Shown: positions 10,203 to 20,294, counted from the first letter of the stretch. The stretch: 64,000 nt of DNA from Planctomycetota bacterium (GCA_040755855.1 JBFMAD010000004.1:1-64000); one strand, 5' to 3'. Notes: generated by a model from the letters alone, not told the origin. Numbers and translations are program-made.

Positions 10203-11234
10203 CTACGGTATCTGCAGGACGATCTTGCCGAATTGCTCGCTGGCCTCCATGCGGGCCATGGCCTTCTTAGCATCGGCGAGGGGATAAACGGAGTCAATGA
10301 TGGGCTTGAGTTTCGTGGTGTTCACCGTCTGCATGAGCTGATGGAACTCGCCGTGCGAACCCATGGTGGAGCCGAGGATGGTGATGTGGTTCCAGTAGAC
10401 GGCCTGCAGGTTGGTTTCAGCCTTGGCGCCGGAGGTGACGCCGCAGAGCACGATGCGCCCGCCGCGCCCGACGGCCTCGATGTCTATGGGCCACGTGGCC
10501 GCACCGACGGTGTCGAAGGCGATGTCCACGCCGCGGCCGGACGTGATCTCCCGGGCGGCGTCCGCCAGGTCTGGCGTTTTGATGTAGTTGATCGTGTAGT
10601 CGGCGCCGAGTTCCTTGGCCCGTTGAAGTTTTTCATCGGAGGATGATGTGACAATTACCTCTCCGCCCGCGAGCTTGGCAAGCTGCAGCGCCGCGAGAGC
10701 CACCCCCCCGCCGATGCCGTGGATGAGAACCGTCTCGCCCACAATGAGCCGCGCGCGAGTCATCAGCATCCGCCAGGCGGTGAGGTATGACAAGGTGAAG
10801 GACGCTTCCTCGAAGCTCAGGTGCTCCGGTTTCTGGTAGAGGCTTGTCGCCGGCACGGCCACCTTCTCGGCGAACGTCCCCGGACGCGACATGCCGATGA
10901 TGCCGTAGGAGAAGCACTGGCTGTGCTCGCCGCTGAGGCAATGGGTGCATTCCCCGCACGAGAGGCCGGGATTCAGGACAACTTTGTCGCCGATTTTCAC
11001 ATTGGTTACGCCGGGGCCGATCTCCGCGACCACACCCGAGGCGTCGGAGCCGAGGACGTGGGGCGGCTTCAGGGCCACGCCGGGCCGGCCCTTCCGCACC
11101 CAGATGTCCAAGTGGTTCAGCGCGGCTGCGCGGACCTTCAGCGCCACCTCGCCTTCACCCGGCTTCGGGTCGGGGACTTCTTCGATGCGGACGCAGTCCA
11201 GCCCGCCGTTTTCGTGAATTACCGCCGCTTTCAT
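10203..11234 (-). CDS. Zinc-binding alcohol dehydrogenase/quinone oxidoreductase (MDR family)
   Basis: ALNHLD, CGECTHC..C structural Zn site, HGIGGGVA nucleotide-binding motif. Confidence 0.9.
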   Translation of the reverse strand: MKAAVIHENGGLDCVRIEEVPDPKPGEGEVALKVRAAALNHLDIWVRKGRPGVALKPPHVLGSDASGVVAEIGPGVTNVKIGDKVVLNPGLSCGECTHCLSGEHSQCFSYGIIGMSRPGTFAEKVAVPATSLYQKPEHLSFEEASFTLSYLTAWRMLMTRARLIVGETVLIHGIGGGVALAALQLAKLAGGEVIVTSSSDEKLQRAKELGADYTINYIKTPDLADAAREITSGRGVDIAFDTVGAATWPIDIEAVGRGGRIVLCGVTSGAKAETNLQAVYWNHITILGSTMGSHGEFHQLMQTVNTTKLKPIIDSVYPLADAKKAMARMEASEQFGKIVLQIP

Positions 11235-11251
11235 CCTTCGGCTCCTCTCCG

Positions 11252-12028
11252 TTATTTGAGCATCCAAAGGCTCAGCGCCATGACGAACATGCCCGCAATG
11301 ACCCCCATGATCGGTGTATGCTCGCTGCCGTATGACTTCGCGGCAGGGACCAGTTCATCAACGGATATGGCCACCATGATCCCCGCCACCCCGCCCAGGA
11401 CCCATGCCAGGACCGTAGGGGTGAGGATGGGCATCAGCACAAGCGCCGCCAGGCCCGCGCCGACCGGCTCGCTCACGCCCGACAGGAACGACCAGAGAAA
11501 CGCCTTGCCCCGGCTGCCGGTCGCAGCGTAGATGGGCGCCGCCACCGCGAGTCCTTCGGGGATATTGTGGATGGCGATGGCGACGGCGATGGCGACGCCG
11601 ACGCTCACATCTTCCAACGTCCCGGCAAAAGTGGCCATCCCCTCTGGAAAGTTGTGGATGCCGATCCCGAAGGCCACCAGTGATCCCGTCCGCATCAGGC
11701 CGCTCTTGGACTGATCCTCCGTCTTGTCGAGGGGGTGGTCGTGCTGCCCGATGTATTCGTGTGGCACGAAAAAGTCAATCAGGAAGATGCCGGTCATGCC
11801 GAGGAAGAAGGCGACGTGTGCGGCCATGAAGCCGACAGATTCCATAGCCCCGCGAAGAAGCTCGACAAAGGAGACCAGGATCATCACCCCGGCCGAGAAG
11901 CCCAGGGTGAACCCTGTGAACTTGGGGCCAGGTTCCTTCACGGCGAGCCCGAGGACGCTCCCGATGGTGGTGGACAGACCCGCGCCGGCGGTCAGCAGTA
12001 GTGCAATTCCTATTCGGGACCCTTCCAT
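11252..12028 (-). CDS. zupT: ZIP family zinc/iron transporter ZupT
   Basis: HNFPEG and HNIPEG motifs, multiple TM helices. Confidence 0.9.
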   Translation of the reverse strand: MEGSRIGIALLLTAGAGLSTTIGSVLGLAVKEPGPKFTGFTLGFSAGVMILVSFVELLRGAMESVGFMAAHVAFFLGMTGIFLIDFFVPHEYIGQHDHPLDKTEDQSKSGLMRTGSLVAFGIGIHNFPEGMATFAGTLEDVSVGVAIAVAIAIHNIPEGLAVAAPIYAATGSRGKAFLWSFLSGVSEPVGAGLAALVLMPILTPTVLAWVLGGVAGIMVAISVDELVPAAKSYGSEHTPIMGVIAGMFVMALSLWMLK

Positions 12029-12040
12029 AACCCTTTCCTG

Positions 12041-12982
12041 TTACGGCTCTTCCGACTTGGCCTCAATCTCTGAGATGTAGTGCTCCGCCGCGATGGCGGC
12101 CGTGGCCCCCTCGCCGACGGCGGTGGCGATCTGGCGGTAGGAGTTCTTGCGCACGTCGCCGATGGCGAAGACGCCGGGGATGTTCGTCATCATGTCCATG
12201 TCCGTCCCTATCGCCCCCCCGCACTGGTCGGGCCAGAGGTTGCAGAGAAACTTGGTGTTCGGCGCGTGACCGATGAAAATGAAGACGCCGTCGCAGGGCT
12301 CCGCGTGGACTTCATCTTTCTTCAGGTCGCGGATGTCCGCGCTCTCGACCTTCTTCTCCCCGTTGATCCTCTCCACCGCGCAGTTCAGCATGAGCCGGAT
12401 CTTCGGGTTCTCGCGCACTTCCGTCTGGTAGATCTTCTCCGCTCGGAACTCGCTCCTGCGATGGACGAGGACGATCTCGTTTGCGAACCTCGTGAGGAAG
12501 ATCCCCTCCTTCAACGCGGCGTCTCCCCCGCCGACGACCACGACCTTCTTGTTCCGAAAGAACGGGCCGTCGCACGTGCCGCAGTAGCTGACGCCCTTGC
12601 CGCGCAGTTCCTTCTCGCCGGGGACGCCGAGTTGTTTCGGGTCGGCCCCCATGGCCAGGATCAGGACGGGGCAGCGATATTCATTCTTCGAGGTCTTGAC
12701 GACCTTCGCGTCGCCGTCGAGATTGACGATGGTTACTTCTTCGGTGCGGAACTCGGCGTCGAACTTTGCCGCCTGCTTCTGCATCCGCTCGATCAGCGCC
12801 GGGCCGTCAATGCCGTCGGGGAAGCCGGGATAGTTGGCCACATCCCAGGTGAGGGACACCTGCCCCCCGAGCATCATGCGCTCCAGGACGAGGGTCTTCA
12901 TCTCCGCCCGGCCGGCGTAGATGGCCGCGGACAGGGCGGCCGGCCCTCCACCAACAATGATGACGTCAAACTCCTCGGCCAT
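12041..12982 (-). CDS. trxB: Thioredoxin-disulfide reductase
   Basis: GGGPAA, GVSYCGTCDG, GGGDAA, HRR motifs. Confidence 0.93.
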   Translation of the reverse strand: MAEEFDVIIVGGGPAALSAAIYAGRAEMKTLVLERMMLGGQVSLTWDVANYPGFPDGIDGPALIERMQKQAAKFDAEFRTEEVTIVNLDGDAKVVKTSKNEYRCPVLILAMGADPKQLGVPGEKELRGKGVSYCGTCDGPFFRNKKVVVVGGGDAALKEGIFLTRFANEIVLVHRRSEFRAEKIYQTEVRENPKIRLMLNCAVERINGEKKVESADIRDLKKDEVHAEPCDGVFIFIGHAPNTKFLCNLWPDQCGGAIGTDMDMMTNIPGVFAIGDVRKNSYRQIATAVGEGATAAIAAEHYISEIEAKSEEP

Positions 12983-13002
12983 TGGCTCCTCCTTCATCCC
13001 TC

Positions 13003-13036
13003 AAGCCTCCCGGAGGTATGGAACCTCCGGGAGGTT
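13003..13036. repeat. REP-like palindrome, copy 1 (CCTCCCGGAGGT family)
   Basis: CCTCCCGGAGGT-ATGGA-ACCTCCGGGAGG; further copies at 17183 and 20822. Confidence 0.85.
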
Positions 13037-13056
13037 GGGTTCCATTGATTCCTCCT

Positions 13057-14619
13057 TCAGTCATCCTCGATCTGGAACGGCTCGGCGTCCTTCGCGGTGG
13101 AACGACGCATCAAACGCCACTGCCGGCCGTCGGCAGCGATGAGGTCATTTGCCTCCTTCGGTCCCCAAGTCCCCGCCGGATAGGTTGAGACTATACCGCG
13201 CTGACCGGCGCATCCCTCGATGACGGGGGTCAGGAAGGACCAGGCGGCTTCGACCTCGTCGCTGCGGGTGAAGAGCGTAAGGTCCCCCCGGGCGGCGTCG
13301 AGCAGGAGACGCTCGTAGGCCTCGGGCGGTTGCTTGCCGAAGGCCTCGGCGTATCCAAAGTCCATCTTCAGCGGTTGGATGCGCATGCCGGGGCCGGGTT
13401 CCTTGATCTGAAGGCGCAAGGTGATGCCCTCGTTCGGCTGAATGCGGAGGGCCAGCAGGTTAGGCTGCATCGGAGCACGTGGGTCGCTGTTGAACAACAC
13501 CTGCGGGACGGATTTGAAATGGACCCCGATCTCCGTCACCCGCGCCCGCAGGCGCTTGCCCGTCCGCAGGTAAAACGGCACGCCGGACCAGCGCCAGTTG
13601 TCCACAAAGGTCTGGAAGGCCACATAGGTCTCGGTGTTCGAGTCCGGGGCCACCCCCTCCTCCTCGCGGTAGCCCCGGACTTCCTCGCCAAGACACGTCC
13701 CCGAAGCATATTGCGCGCGGACGACACCGTTGACGGCGCACTCCGGCGGGATGGGCCGGAGAGCCTTCAGAACCTTGACCTTCTCGTCGCGGACGGCGCC
13801 CGGGTCCAGGGAGTTCGGCGACTCCATCGCCACGAGGCAGAGCAGGTGCATCATGTGGTTCTGGACCATGTCGCGCAGGGCGCCGGCCTGTTCGTAGTAC
13901 CTCCCGCGCCCCTCCATGCCGACGGTCTCGCTGACGGTGATCTGGACGTGATCCACGTACTTCTGGTTCCAGAGCGGCTCGAAAATGCTGTTGGCGAATC
14001 GGAAGACGAGGATGTTCTGGACGGTCTCTTTGCCCAGGTAGTGATCTATGCGAAAGATCTGGTTTTCATCGAAGACAGCTCGAAGCTGTTGGTTGAGGAG
14101 GCGCGCGCTTGCCAGGTCGCGGCCGAAGGGTTTTTCCACGATGATCCGTCGCCACGGCGCGCCCTCGACGCCGCGGCCCGCGAGGCCGGCTTGACGCAGT
14201 TGCTCCACGATTAGCGGCGTCTGTCCCGGCTGCACGGCCAAGTAGAAGAGGCAGTTGCACGGGGCGTTGCATGAGGCGGCAAGCAATTCTATGCGCTCCC
14301 TGAGCGAGCGAAACCCCTGTATGTCCTCGAACTCCGACCGATGGTAGTAGATGTTCTTGGCGAAGTTCCGCCAGCGCGATTCGTCAATCGGTTGAACGCG
14401 AGCGAAGGTCTCGACCGCCTGGCGCATCTCCTCGCGGAACTCGTCGTCGCTTTTGTCGCGCCGGGCGAAAGCGACGATAGAAAACTTGTCCGGCAGGAGC
14501 CGGCTGCAAAACAAGCTGAACACTGCGGGCACGAGCTTCCGCTGCGTCAAGTCGCCGGTGGCGCCGAAGATGACCAGCGAAAATGGATCGGGGATTTGGG
14601 TTGATGCGTTCATCATCAC
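13057..14619 (-). CDS. zwf: Glucose-6-phosphate 1-dehydrogenase
   Basis: GATGDL, EKPFGRDL, RIDHYLGKE motifs. Confidence 0.95.
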   Translation of the reverse strand: MMMNASTQIPDPFSLVIFGATGDLTQRKLVPAVFSLFCSRLLPDKFSIVAFARRDKSDDEFREEMRQAVETFARVQPIDESRWRNFAKNIYYHRSEFEDIQGFRSLRERIELLAASCNAPCNCLFYLAVQPGQTPLIVEQLRQAGLAGRGVEGAPWRRIIVEKPFGRDLASARLLNQQLRAVFDENQIFRIDHYLGKETVQNILVFRFANSIFEPLWNQKYVDHVQITVSETVGMEGRGRYYEQAGALRDMVQNHMMHLLCLVAMESPNSLDPGAVRDEKVKVLKALRPIPPECAVNGVVRAQYASGTCLGEEVRGYREEEGVAPDSNTETYVAFQTFVDNWRWSGVPFYLRTGKRLRARVTEIGVHFKSVPQVLFNSDPRAPMQPNLLALRIQPNEGITLRLQIKEPGPGMRIQPLKMDFGYAEAFGKQPPEAYERLLLDAARGDLTLFTRSDEVEAAWSFLTPVIEGCAGQRGIVSTYPAGTWGPKEANDLIAADGRQWRLMRRSTAKDAEPFQIEDD

Positions 14620-14621
14620 CG

Positions 14622-15248
14622 CTACAGGTAGAGTTCCACGTCCTCCGGCTCGCCAGGTGTCGGGCCTTCATCGGTCACAAGTATGACGCCGAGACGTCGG
14701 GCCTCCTGCATGGCCCTGGGGTGTTTGAGGATCGCGCCCTTTTCGTCCACCCCGTTCACAAACAGATTGCTGAAGTAGACGATTTCCAGGACATCGAAAT
14801 AGTATTTCATGGTCATGCGGATGGAGTCAAACATCTTCTTGCTCTTGCATCCACCCACGGCGATGACCATGCCGCGGCGGTAGCGGGGGACCTCATCGAA
14901 GAGCGGCTGCTTCAAGACGTACTTGCGCGACCAGAGGCACTGGCAGCGATCTATCATCGCCTTGGCCTGGGCCGGCACGGCCATGAAAAAGATCGGCGTG
15001 GCGAAAATCAGGCGATCGGCGTCCCGCATCTTCTGCAAGAGGTCCTGGTAGTCATCCTGCACGCGGCACATGCCGGTGTTCCGGCAGGCGCCGCAGGCCA
15101 CGCACGGGGCGATATTCAGTTGGCTGAGATGAACGCGCTCGACCTCGGCGCCGGCGGACTCCACCCCGGCGAGGGCCTCGCCCAGCAAGAGGTCGCTGTT
15201 GCCCTTAATGCGCGGGCTGGCCGACAGGCCAAGCACCTTTAGACTCAC
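14622..15248 (-). CDS. Iron-sulfur flavoprotein / NADPH-dependent FMN reductase family
   Basis: SPRIKGNS, CVACGAC...C, ATPIFF, KAMIDR. Confidence 0.85.
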   Translation of the reverse strand: MSLKVLGLSASPRIKGNSDLLLGEALAGVESAGAEVERVHLSQLNIAPCVACGACRNTGMCRVQDDYQDLLQKMRDADRLIFATPIFFMAVPAQAKAMIDRCQCLWSRKYVLKQPLFDEVPRYRRGMVIAVGGCKSKKMFDSIRMTMKYYFDVLEIVYFSNLFVNGVDEKGAILKHPRAMQEARRLGVILVTDEGPTPGEPEDVELYL

Positions 15249-15263
15249 TCGATTTCCTCCATC

Positions 15264-15437
15264 TCAAATCTCCTTGCCTATATCATACCGCGCCCCACAG
15301 TTTGGGCAAATCAAAATCAGCCGGAGCGCCTTCGCCCTGCCCTTGCGTTTAAACGACGCGTGGAAGCCGCGGTCGTATCCGCAGCCTGGGCAGGTGTGAA
15401 GCTCGTCGCTTATCTCAAGGGTCTTCGCATCCTTCAT
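15264..15437 (-). CDS. Small Zn-ribbon protein (57 aa)
   Basis: AAGGAGG SD; CPGCGYDRGFH...CPNCGARYDIG. Confidence 0.75.
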   Translation of the reverse strand: MKDAKTLEISDELHTCPGCGYDRGFHASFKRKGRAKALRLILICPNCGARYDIGKEI

Positions 15438-15448
15438 CTTTGCCTCCT

Positions 15449-16213
15449 TCACGAGCGAACCACCGCGTCGGGTCTTGCCTGGAGAGGGTGCGTCCTGACG
15501 ACAATCGAGAAGATGTAAGGATAGGCTTCCTTTAGATGCCGGCAGTAGTGCACCCATTCCGCCGCCAGGAGGGAAAAGACCCGACGGATGTCGCCTGCAA
15601 TATGCTTCCTGTCCGTTTCCGGCAGCCCGTCGAGGGATTCTCTCGCGACAAGTTCCTCCAACAGATGGAAGATCGCCCACAGGAGATCGGTAAAGCGCTC
15701 GTGCTCCAGCAGGTTGGGATTGCCGAGCAGCAAGACGAGCAATGCGCGATGGTCAACAAGCTGCTGCCGCAGTGTGGGCAGGTCTACCTTCCCGACGTCA
15801 ATCTCCGGCTTTAGCTCCTCCGCCACGGAAAGGGCCTTCCGGAAATCCAGCGCCGACCAATCGGCGTTGACCGCAAGTCGGGGCTGGATGTCCTCTCGAT
15901 CCTTGATGCACTGGCTTAGGTCGCCCAGCAGCTTCGTCCCCAGTTCGCTGAAGAACGTTCCAATGACCATGTTGAGCTTCTGCATCATCCGGCGCTTTTC
16001 GTGGCGGGAAAGCACCCGCTCGATGACGAGAGCCACGATCAGCACCTCGATGGGGATGAAGGCAATGTCCCCTACCATAAACACAAAGATGTGGTAGGCA
16101 TCGTGGAAAAGAAAATAGTGAAGGACGTACGTCGCCGCCGACAGGCCAAGCAGACCGGCGGCGACGTAAATCAGCCATCTGCGATCGCGCATGGATCCCC
16201 CCGGCCCGCTCAT
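15449..16213 (-). CDS. Hypothetical membrane protein
   Basis: Two N-terminal TM helices; [14 protein letters not shown] and [31 protein letters not shown] overlap with ferritin gene. Confidence 0.75.
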   Translation of the reverse strand: MSGPGGSMRDRRWLIYVAAGLLGLSAATYVLHYFLFHDAYHIFVFMVGDIAFIPIEVLIVALVIERVLSRHEKRRMMQKLNMVIGTFFSELGTKLLGDLSQCIKDREDIQPRLAVNADWSALDFRKALSVAEELKPEIDVGKVDLPTLRQQLVDHRALLVLLLGNPNLLEHERFTDLLWAIFHLLEELVARESLDGLPETDRKHIAGDIRRVFSLLAAEWVHYCRHLKEAYPYIFSIVVRTHPLQARPDAVVRS

Positions 16214-16734
16214 GCCTGCGGCTGGCCCGCCGGAGCGGGCGGGACGAAGACGCGCGTGGCCAGCTCCTGATCCACCAGGAACAGTCCTCCGCCGGTCTCT
16301 CCGGCGAGTTTGAGCCGCTTCACCACGCCGTCCGTATTGGCCTCCTCCTCCACCTGCTCGGTGACGAACCACTGGAGGAATGTCTCTGTGGCGTGATCAC
16401 GATCCTCCCGGGCCAGATCAACCAGCTTGTGGATGCGGGCGGTAACCTTTGTCTCGTGCTCATAGGCCGCCTTGAACACGACCAGCGGAGAGTCCCACTC
16501 CGTCGGCACGCCCTCGATGGGCTTGAGGAGGACCCGGCCGTTGCGCTCATTGATAAAGTCGTAAAACTTCATGGCATGGACCATTTCCTCCTGGACCTGG
16601 ACGCGCATCCAGTTGGCCGCGCCGGGCAGATCAACGGACTCAAAGTACGCCTCCATCGAGAGATAGAGATAGGCGGAGTAGAGCTCCGCGTTAATCTGTT
16701 CATTCAACGCTTCGTTCATCTTGTTGGAAAGCAT
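16210..16734 (-). CDS. ftnA: Non-heme ferritin
   Basis: [39 protein letters not shown] ferroxidase motifs. Confidence 0.93.
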   Translation of the reverse strand: MLSNKMNEALNEQINAELYSAYLYLSMEAYFESVDLPGAANWMRVQVQEEMVHAMKFYDFINERNGRVLLKPIEGVPTEWDSPLVVFKAAYEHETKVTARIHKLVDLAREDRDHATETFLQWFVTEQVEEEANTDGVVKRLKLAGETGGGLFLVDQELATRVFVPPAPAGQPQA

Positions 16735-16739
16735 TTATC

Positions 16740-17114
16740 TCACCCCTTCCATAAGCCGTGCAGATTGCAGTATGCGCGGGCAACGACCTTGTCCTTCTTC
16801 GCGCAGAAGACGGCCTCAGGCGCATCGCCGGGTTTCAGGTATTTTCTGCACGTCCGGTCATCGGTCGCCACCTCGACCCATTCGATGTAGTGCTTTGCCT
16901 CCATTGGGTGAGGGACGCTGCCGACCTTGACCTTTACACCCTCCTTGTCCGCCTCGCGGACAGGGACATGCTTTTCCTTCGACGCGTCAACGGAGTTTTC
17001 CTTCATGAGCTTCATCGGCTCGCCGCAGCAGATCAGTTCGCCGTCGCCGCCGTCAAGGACCTCAATGATATTGCCACACGCTTCACACTTGTAAACCTGA
17101 CTCCGTTCCGCCAT
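16740..17114 (-). CDS. dfx: Desulfoferrodoxin (superoxide reductase)
   Basis: CEACGN...[27 protein letters not shown]. Confidence 0.95.
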   Translation of the reverse strand: MAERSQVYKCEACGNIIEVLDGGDGELICCGEPMKLMKENSVDASKEKHVPVREADKEGVKVKVGSVPHPMEAKHYIEWVEVATDDRTCRKYLKPGDAPEAVFCAKKDKVVARAYCNLHGLWKG

Positions 17115-17182
17115 TTCTCAGCCCTCCTTATTTGGTTTGTCGCCATTCATTTGATTTTATTCGACTGGCAGAAAACAGTTCA

Positions 17183-17216
17183 AACCTCCCGGAGGTCTGC
17201 AGACCTCCGGGAGGTT
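17183..17216. repeat. REP-like perfect 34-bp palindrome, copy 2
   Basis: AACCTCCCGGAGGTCTGCAGACCTCCGGGAGGTT equals its own reverse complement. Confidence 0.9.
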
Positions 17217-17222
17217 ATTCGC

Positions 17223-17795
17223 CTACCAATTCTCGCACAGAATCTCATAGTATGCTTGCGGATGGGCGCAGGCCGGGCAGGAATTTGGGGCATCCTTGCC
17301 CTTGTGCAGATAGCCGCAATTGATGCACCGCCAGACCACGGCCTTGTCGCGCTTGAAAACCTTGCCTTCTCTGATGTTTTTCAGCAGGTCCCGATAGCGC
17401 TTCTCATGTTGCTTTTCGGCGACGGACACCTTTTCCCAGATAATGGCCGCGGTTTCGAAGCCCTCTTCGCGGGCGACCTTGGCGAAGCCGGGGTAGAGCT
17501 CCGTCCATTCGAAGTGCTCCCCGCCAGCCGCCGCCTCAAGGTTCTGGGGCGTATCGCCGATGACTCCGGCGGGATAGCCGGCCGTAATCACAACCTCACC
17601 CCCCTGAAGCTGCTCGAAGAACCGCTTGGCGTGTTCCTTCTCCTGGTTCGCCGTCTCCTCAAAGATGAGGGAAATCTGGATTAGTCCCTCCTTCCTGGCC
17701 TTGCTCGCAAAATAGGTGTAGCGATTCCTTGCCTGCGACTCGCCCGCGAACGCGGCCAACAGATTATGCTCCGTCTTCGATCCCTTAAACTCCAT
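17223..17795 (-). CDS. rbr: Rubrerythrin
   Basis: AFAGESQARNRY, EKEHA, WRCINCGY...CPACAHP. Confidence 0.95.
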   Translation of the reverse strand: MEFKGSKTEHNLLAAFAGESQARNRYTYFASKARKEGLIQISLIFEETANQEKEHAKRFFEQLQGGEVVITAGYPAGVIGDTPQNLEAAAGGEHFEWTELYPGFAKVAREEGFETAAIIWEKVSVAEKQHEKRYRDLLKNIREGKVFKRDKAVVWRCINCGYLHKGKDAPNSCPACAHPQAYYEILCENW

Positions 17796-17897
17796 ACTCC
17801 CTATTCCTCCTTTCAATTCCTTGGGGGGTATCTCGATGGACAAGTGAGCCTGTTGCCCCCTCCATCACCCTTGCACAACAGATTCACGTATTCAAGT

Positions 17898-18335
17898 TCA
17901 AGACGCTCTCAGAGAAGGAATACCAACGATGAGTTCATCCTTCTCATCGGTAAGCACACGCTCAATGGTAAGGAGAATCTCATCCCCCCGCAGGCCCAGG
18001 CTGATCCGGCCTCTGTCCTTTCCGTTTCCTATCCCGGCGATCTCGCCCAGGATTTGACTGAGCCGCGTAGTGATCTCGGGCGAAAAGGTGGCTGCCAGGC
18101 CATTTTCACCGCCCGAGAGGCTAATAAGCTTCTCGGACACGCAGATTCTGTGCGTCCGTCTTTCGACGCCTCCAAGCAGTATGAGCGCCAATACCTTCAA
18201 CGCCGCCTCGGTCTCGTCTTCGTCGCAGGGCTGCCGACTCCCCCCCACAAACCGCTCGAGTTCGGCCTTCAAATCGGACTCCACGTAGCAGTCGCAGTAT
18301 TCCTGTAGTCTGGCGTGGAGGCTTCGCGTAGTCAT
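17898..18335 (-). CDS. Hypothetical protein (145 aa)
   Basis: AGGAGG SD; LHARLQEYCDCY...EAALKVLAL. Confidence 0.6.
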   Translation of the reverse strand: MTTRSLHARLQEYCDCYVESDLKAELERFVGGSRQPCDEDETEAALKVLALILLGGVERRTHRICVSEKLISLSGGENGLAATFSPEITTRLSQILGEIAGIGNGKDRGRISLGLRGDEILLTIERVLTDEKDELIVGIPSLRAS

Positions 18336-18516
18336 TGTTTGCCCTCCTACCTGTCTAATCTCCTGTACACCCGTCTTCCACGGTCGTGGATGCGCCTCGG
18401 CAAGTCGCTGGCCACAAGCCGACACGGGGAAGCCGGCTATGTTGCCTCTACGCCCCATCCAGCGCATCAGTCACCCATTTCTGCCGCCCCTTTGCCGCCA
18501 TACAGGTAGAGAAGTT

Positions 18517-18533
18517 AGCAATTCGCGTTCCAA
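18517..18533 (-). promoter_or_regulatory. Putative sigma54 -24/-12 promoter
   Basis: Minus strand TTGGAAC-GCGAA-TTGCT, one mismatch to TGGCAC-N5-TTGC. Confidence 0.6.
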
Positions 18534-18535
18534 TT

Positions 18536-19270
18536 CTACTTCTTGTCTTCCGCCTCCCCCGTCATGGGGACGAAACGGACGGCCAGAACTCTCTCCTCCT
18601 TCACCCCGTCTTTTGTCTTTGTCAGGCGAACGAGGTCCTGGCCCGCCCATTGGGGACCGACGGGAAGGACCAGCCGTCCCCCTTCCCTCAGCTGGTCAAT
18701 GAGCGGCTGCGGTACGTGCTCCGGCGCGGCCGTGACCATGATCGCGTCGAAGGGCGCGTGCTCCTTCCAGCCCTGGTAGCCGTCGCCGCATTTTACAGTA
18801 ATGTTCTTGTATCCCAGGGCTTCAAGATCCTTCTCCGCGCGCCTGGCCAATGGCTCGACGATTTCGATGGTATAGACCTGCCCCGCGATCTCCGCCAGGA
18901 TGGCCGCCTGGTAGCCGGACCCTGTGCCGATTTCCAGGACCTTTTCTCCCCCCTTTAGATCGAGGAGCTGCGTCATCAGGGCCACGATGTAGGGCTGCGA
19001 GATCGTCTGGCCCTCGCCGATGGGGAGCGGGGTGTCCTCGTAGGCGCTGGGACGCATGTCCGGCGGGACAAGCCTGTGGCGCGGCACCTTCCGCATCGCC
19101 TCGATGACCCTCTTGTCCTTGATGCCGTATTCATGGACGAGCTGGTCCACCATCTTTGTGCGGAGGGCCGTAAACTCCTCCTCCGTCATCGTGGACTCCT
19201 GGGCCAGACAGGATAAATCGGGGGTGCAGATCAAGGCAGCGAGGATCGCGAGCAACCATCTCTTGTGCAT
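18536..19270 (-). CDS. pcm: Protein-L-isoaspartate O-methyltransferase
   Basis: [38 protein letters not shown]. Confidence 0.93.
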   Translation of the reverse strand: MHKRWLLAILAALICTPDLSCLAQESTMTEEEFTALRTKMVDQLVHEYGIKDKRVIEAMRKVPRHRLVPPDMRPSAYEDTPLPIGEGQTISQPYIVALMTQLLDLKGGEKVLEIGTGSGYQAAILAEIAGQVYTIEIVEPLARRAEKDLEALGYKNITVKCGDGYQGWKEHAPFDAIMVTAAPEHVPQPLIDQLREGGRLVLPVGPQWAGQDLVRLTKTKDGVKEERVLAVRFVPMTGEAEDKK

Positions 19271-19334
19271 CGTATCGTTGCCCTCCTATCCGGTTTCATT
19301 CACCAAAGCAACAGAAGGTGTGAGAGAATCGAAC

Positions 19335-19406
19335 TTGTAGCCGCAGGCTTCAGCCTGCGGACTGATCTGTGACGCTCTTGCGCATCCGTAAAGGGTGCGC
19401 CTACAA
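19335..19406. repeat. GTAG-type REP doublet
   Basis: TTGTAGCCGCAGGCTTCAGCCTGCG ... CGCATCCGTAAAGGGTGCGCCTACAA. Confidence 0.75.
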
Positions 19407-20294
19407 TTTTTTCACAACTTCATAGTCTATACGGTCAGATGCGACATCGGCCAATTTCAGATAGGCCACATTCCTCACATCAAGCGGCGGCGCGTTCAGG
19501 CTTACGATCCCCCGTTCCAGATCAAGGGCCGCCACATAACCCAGGGCAAGCGTATCGCCATGCCGGTCGTTGAGTCCTGCGAGCGTGCCCGCAGGCGTTT
19601 CACTCTGTAGATCATAAACCGGAATCCGCTCGATTTCAATCTCAATCGGAACGGCATTCCTGAAATACTCGGCATACGATTCAAATCGCCGCCGGCGACG
19701 TTGCTCGCGGGAGCGCCGCTTCACTTCGGCAGGCACATGAATCCGGAGGATGCGCTGCCCCTCCCGCTCAAGGAGAGGCACGATCTCTTGCAGCTCGCTA
19801 TCGCGCTCCAGCACAACCACCCAGTCGGGCCGCAGCAGTCTGACCTTTTGGAGTTTGATCTGCCGTCCCGCTTCCCCCGCGATCATCCCTGTTGTGTCCA
19901 CGACGATCCACTTTGCCCCCGCCCCGCGCACACGCTGGACCACGCGCACCGTCCCCTCGATGGACTCGACCATCCGACCCACGGGCGTCGCAGACCCGGT
20001 GAAGAAGAGGCACGGCGGGTGCAAGTCGGGGCGCACATCCGCCGGCATGGTATATACCTTTCCGCCAATTGTCATCGGCGGGCCAAGCGTGGATTGCCCC
20101 ACGTCGGAATCCACAAAGCCCACACGCGCCCCGGCGCCGCAGAGATGCCTCACAAGAAACATGCAAAGGGTGGATTTTCCCGTGTCGCAGCCGCCCAGGA
20201 CCATGACCAGTCCAGGCGAGCCGCCGATCCGTTCGGCGATGTCCCGCCACGGGTCGGGGATGTTCAGGTTGATATCGTTGTTGAATTCAGCCAT
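19401..20294 (-). CDS. Clp1/Grc3/Nol9-family polynucleotide 5'-hydroxyl kinase
   Basis: P-loop GGCDTGKST, DSDVGQSTLGPP, VDTTG, RSREQRRRRR clasp/lid. Confidence 0.85.
   Translation of the reverse strand: MAEFNNDINLNIPDPWRDIAERIGGSPGLVMVLGGCDTGKSTLCMFLVRHLCGAGARVGFVDSDVGQSTLGPPMTIGGKVYTMPADVRPDLHPPCLFFTGSATPVGRMVESIEGTVRVVQRVRGAGAKWIVVDTTGMIAGEAGRQIKLQKVRLLRPDWVVVLERDSELQEIVPLLEREGQRILRIHVPAEVKRRSREQRRRRRFESYAEYFRNAVPIEIEIERIPVYDLQSETPAGTLAGLNDRHGDTLALGYVAALDLERGIVSLNAPPLDVRNVAYLKLADVASDRIDYEVVKKL

Noticed and set aside
18380..18500. c-di-GMP-I riboswitch
   Set aside because: GGCAAA and GAAA are present, but the stems and the GACGCAAAGC core do not fit
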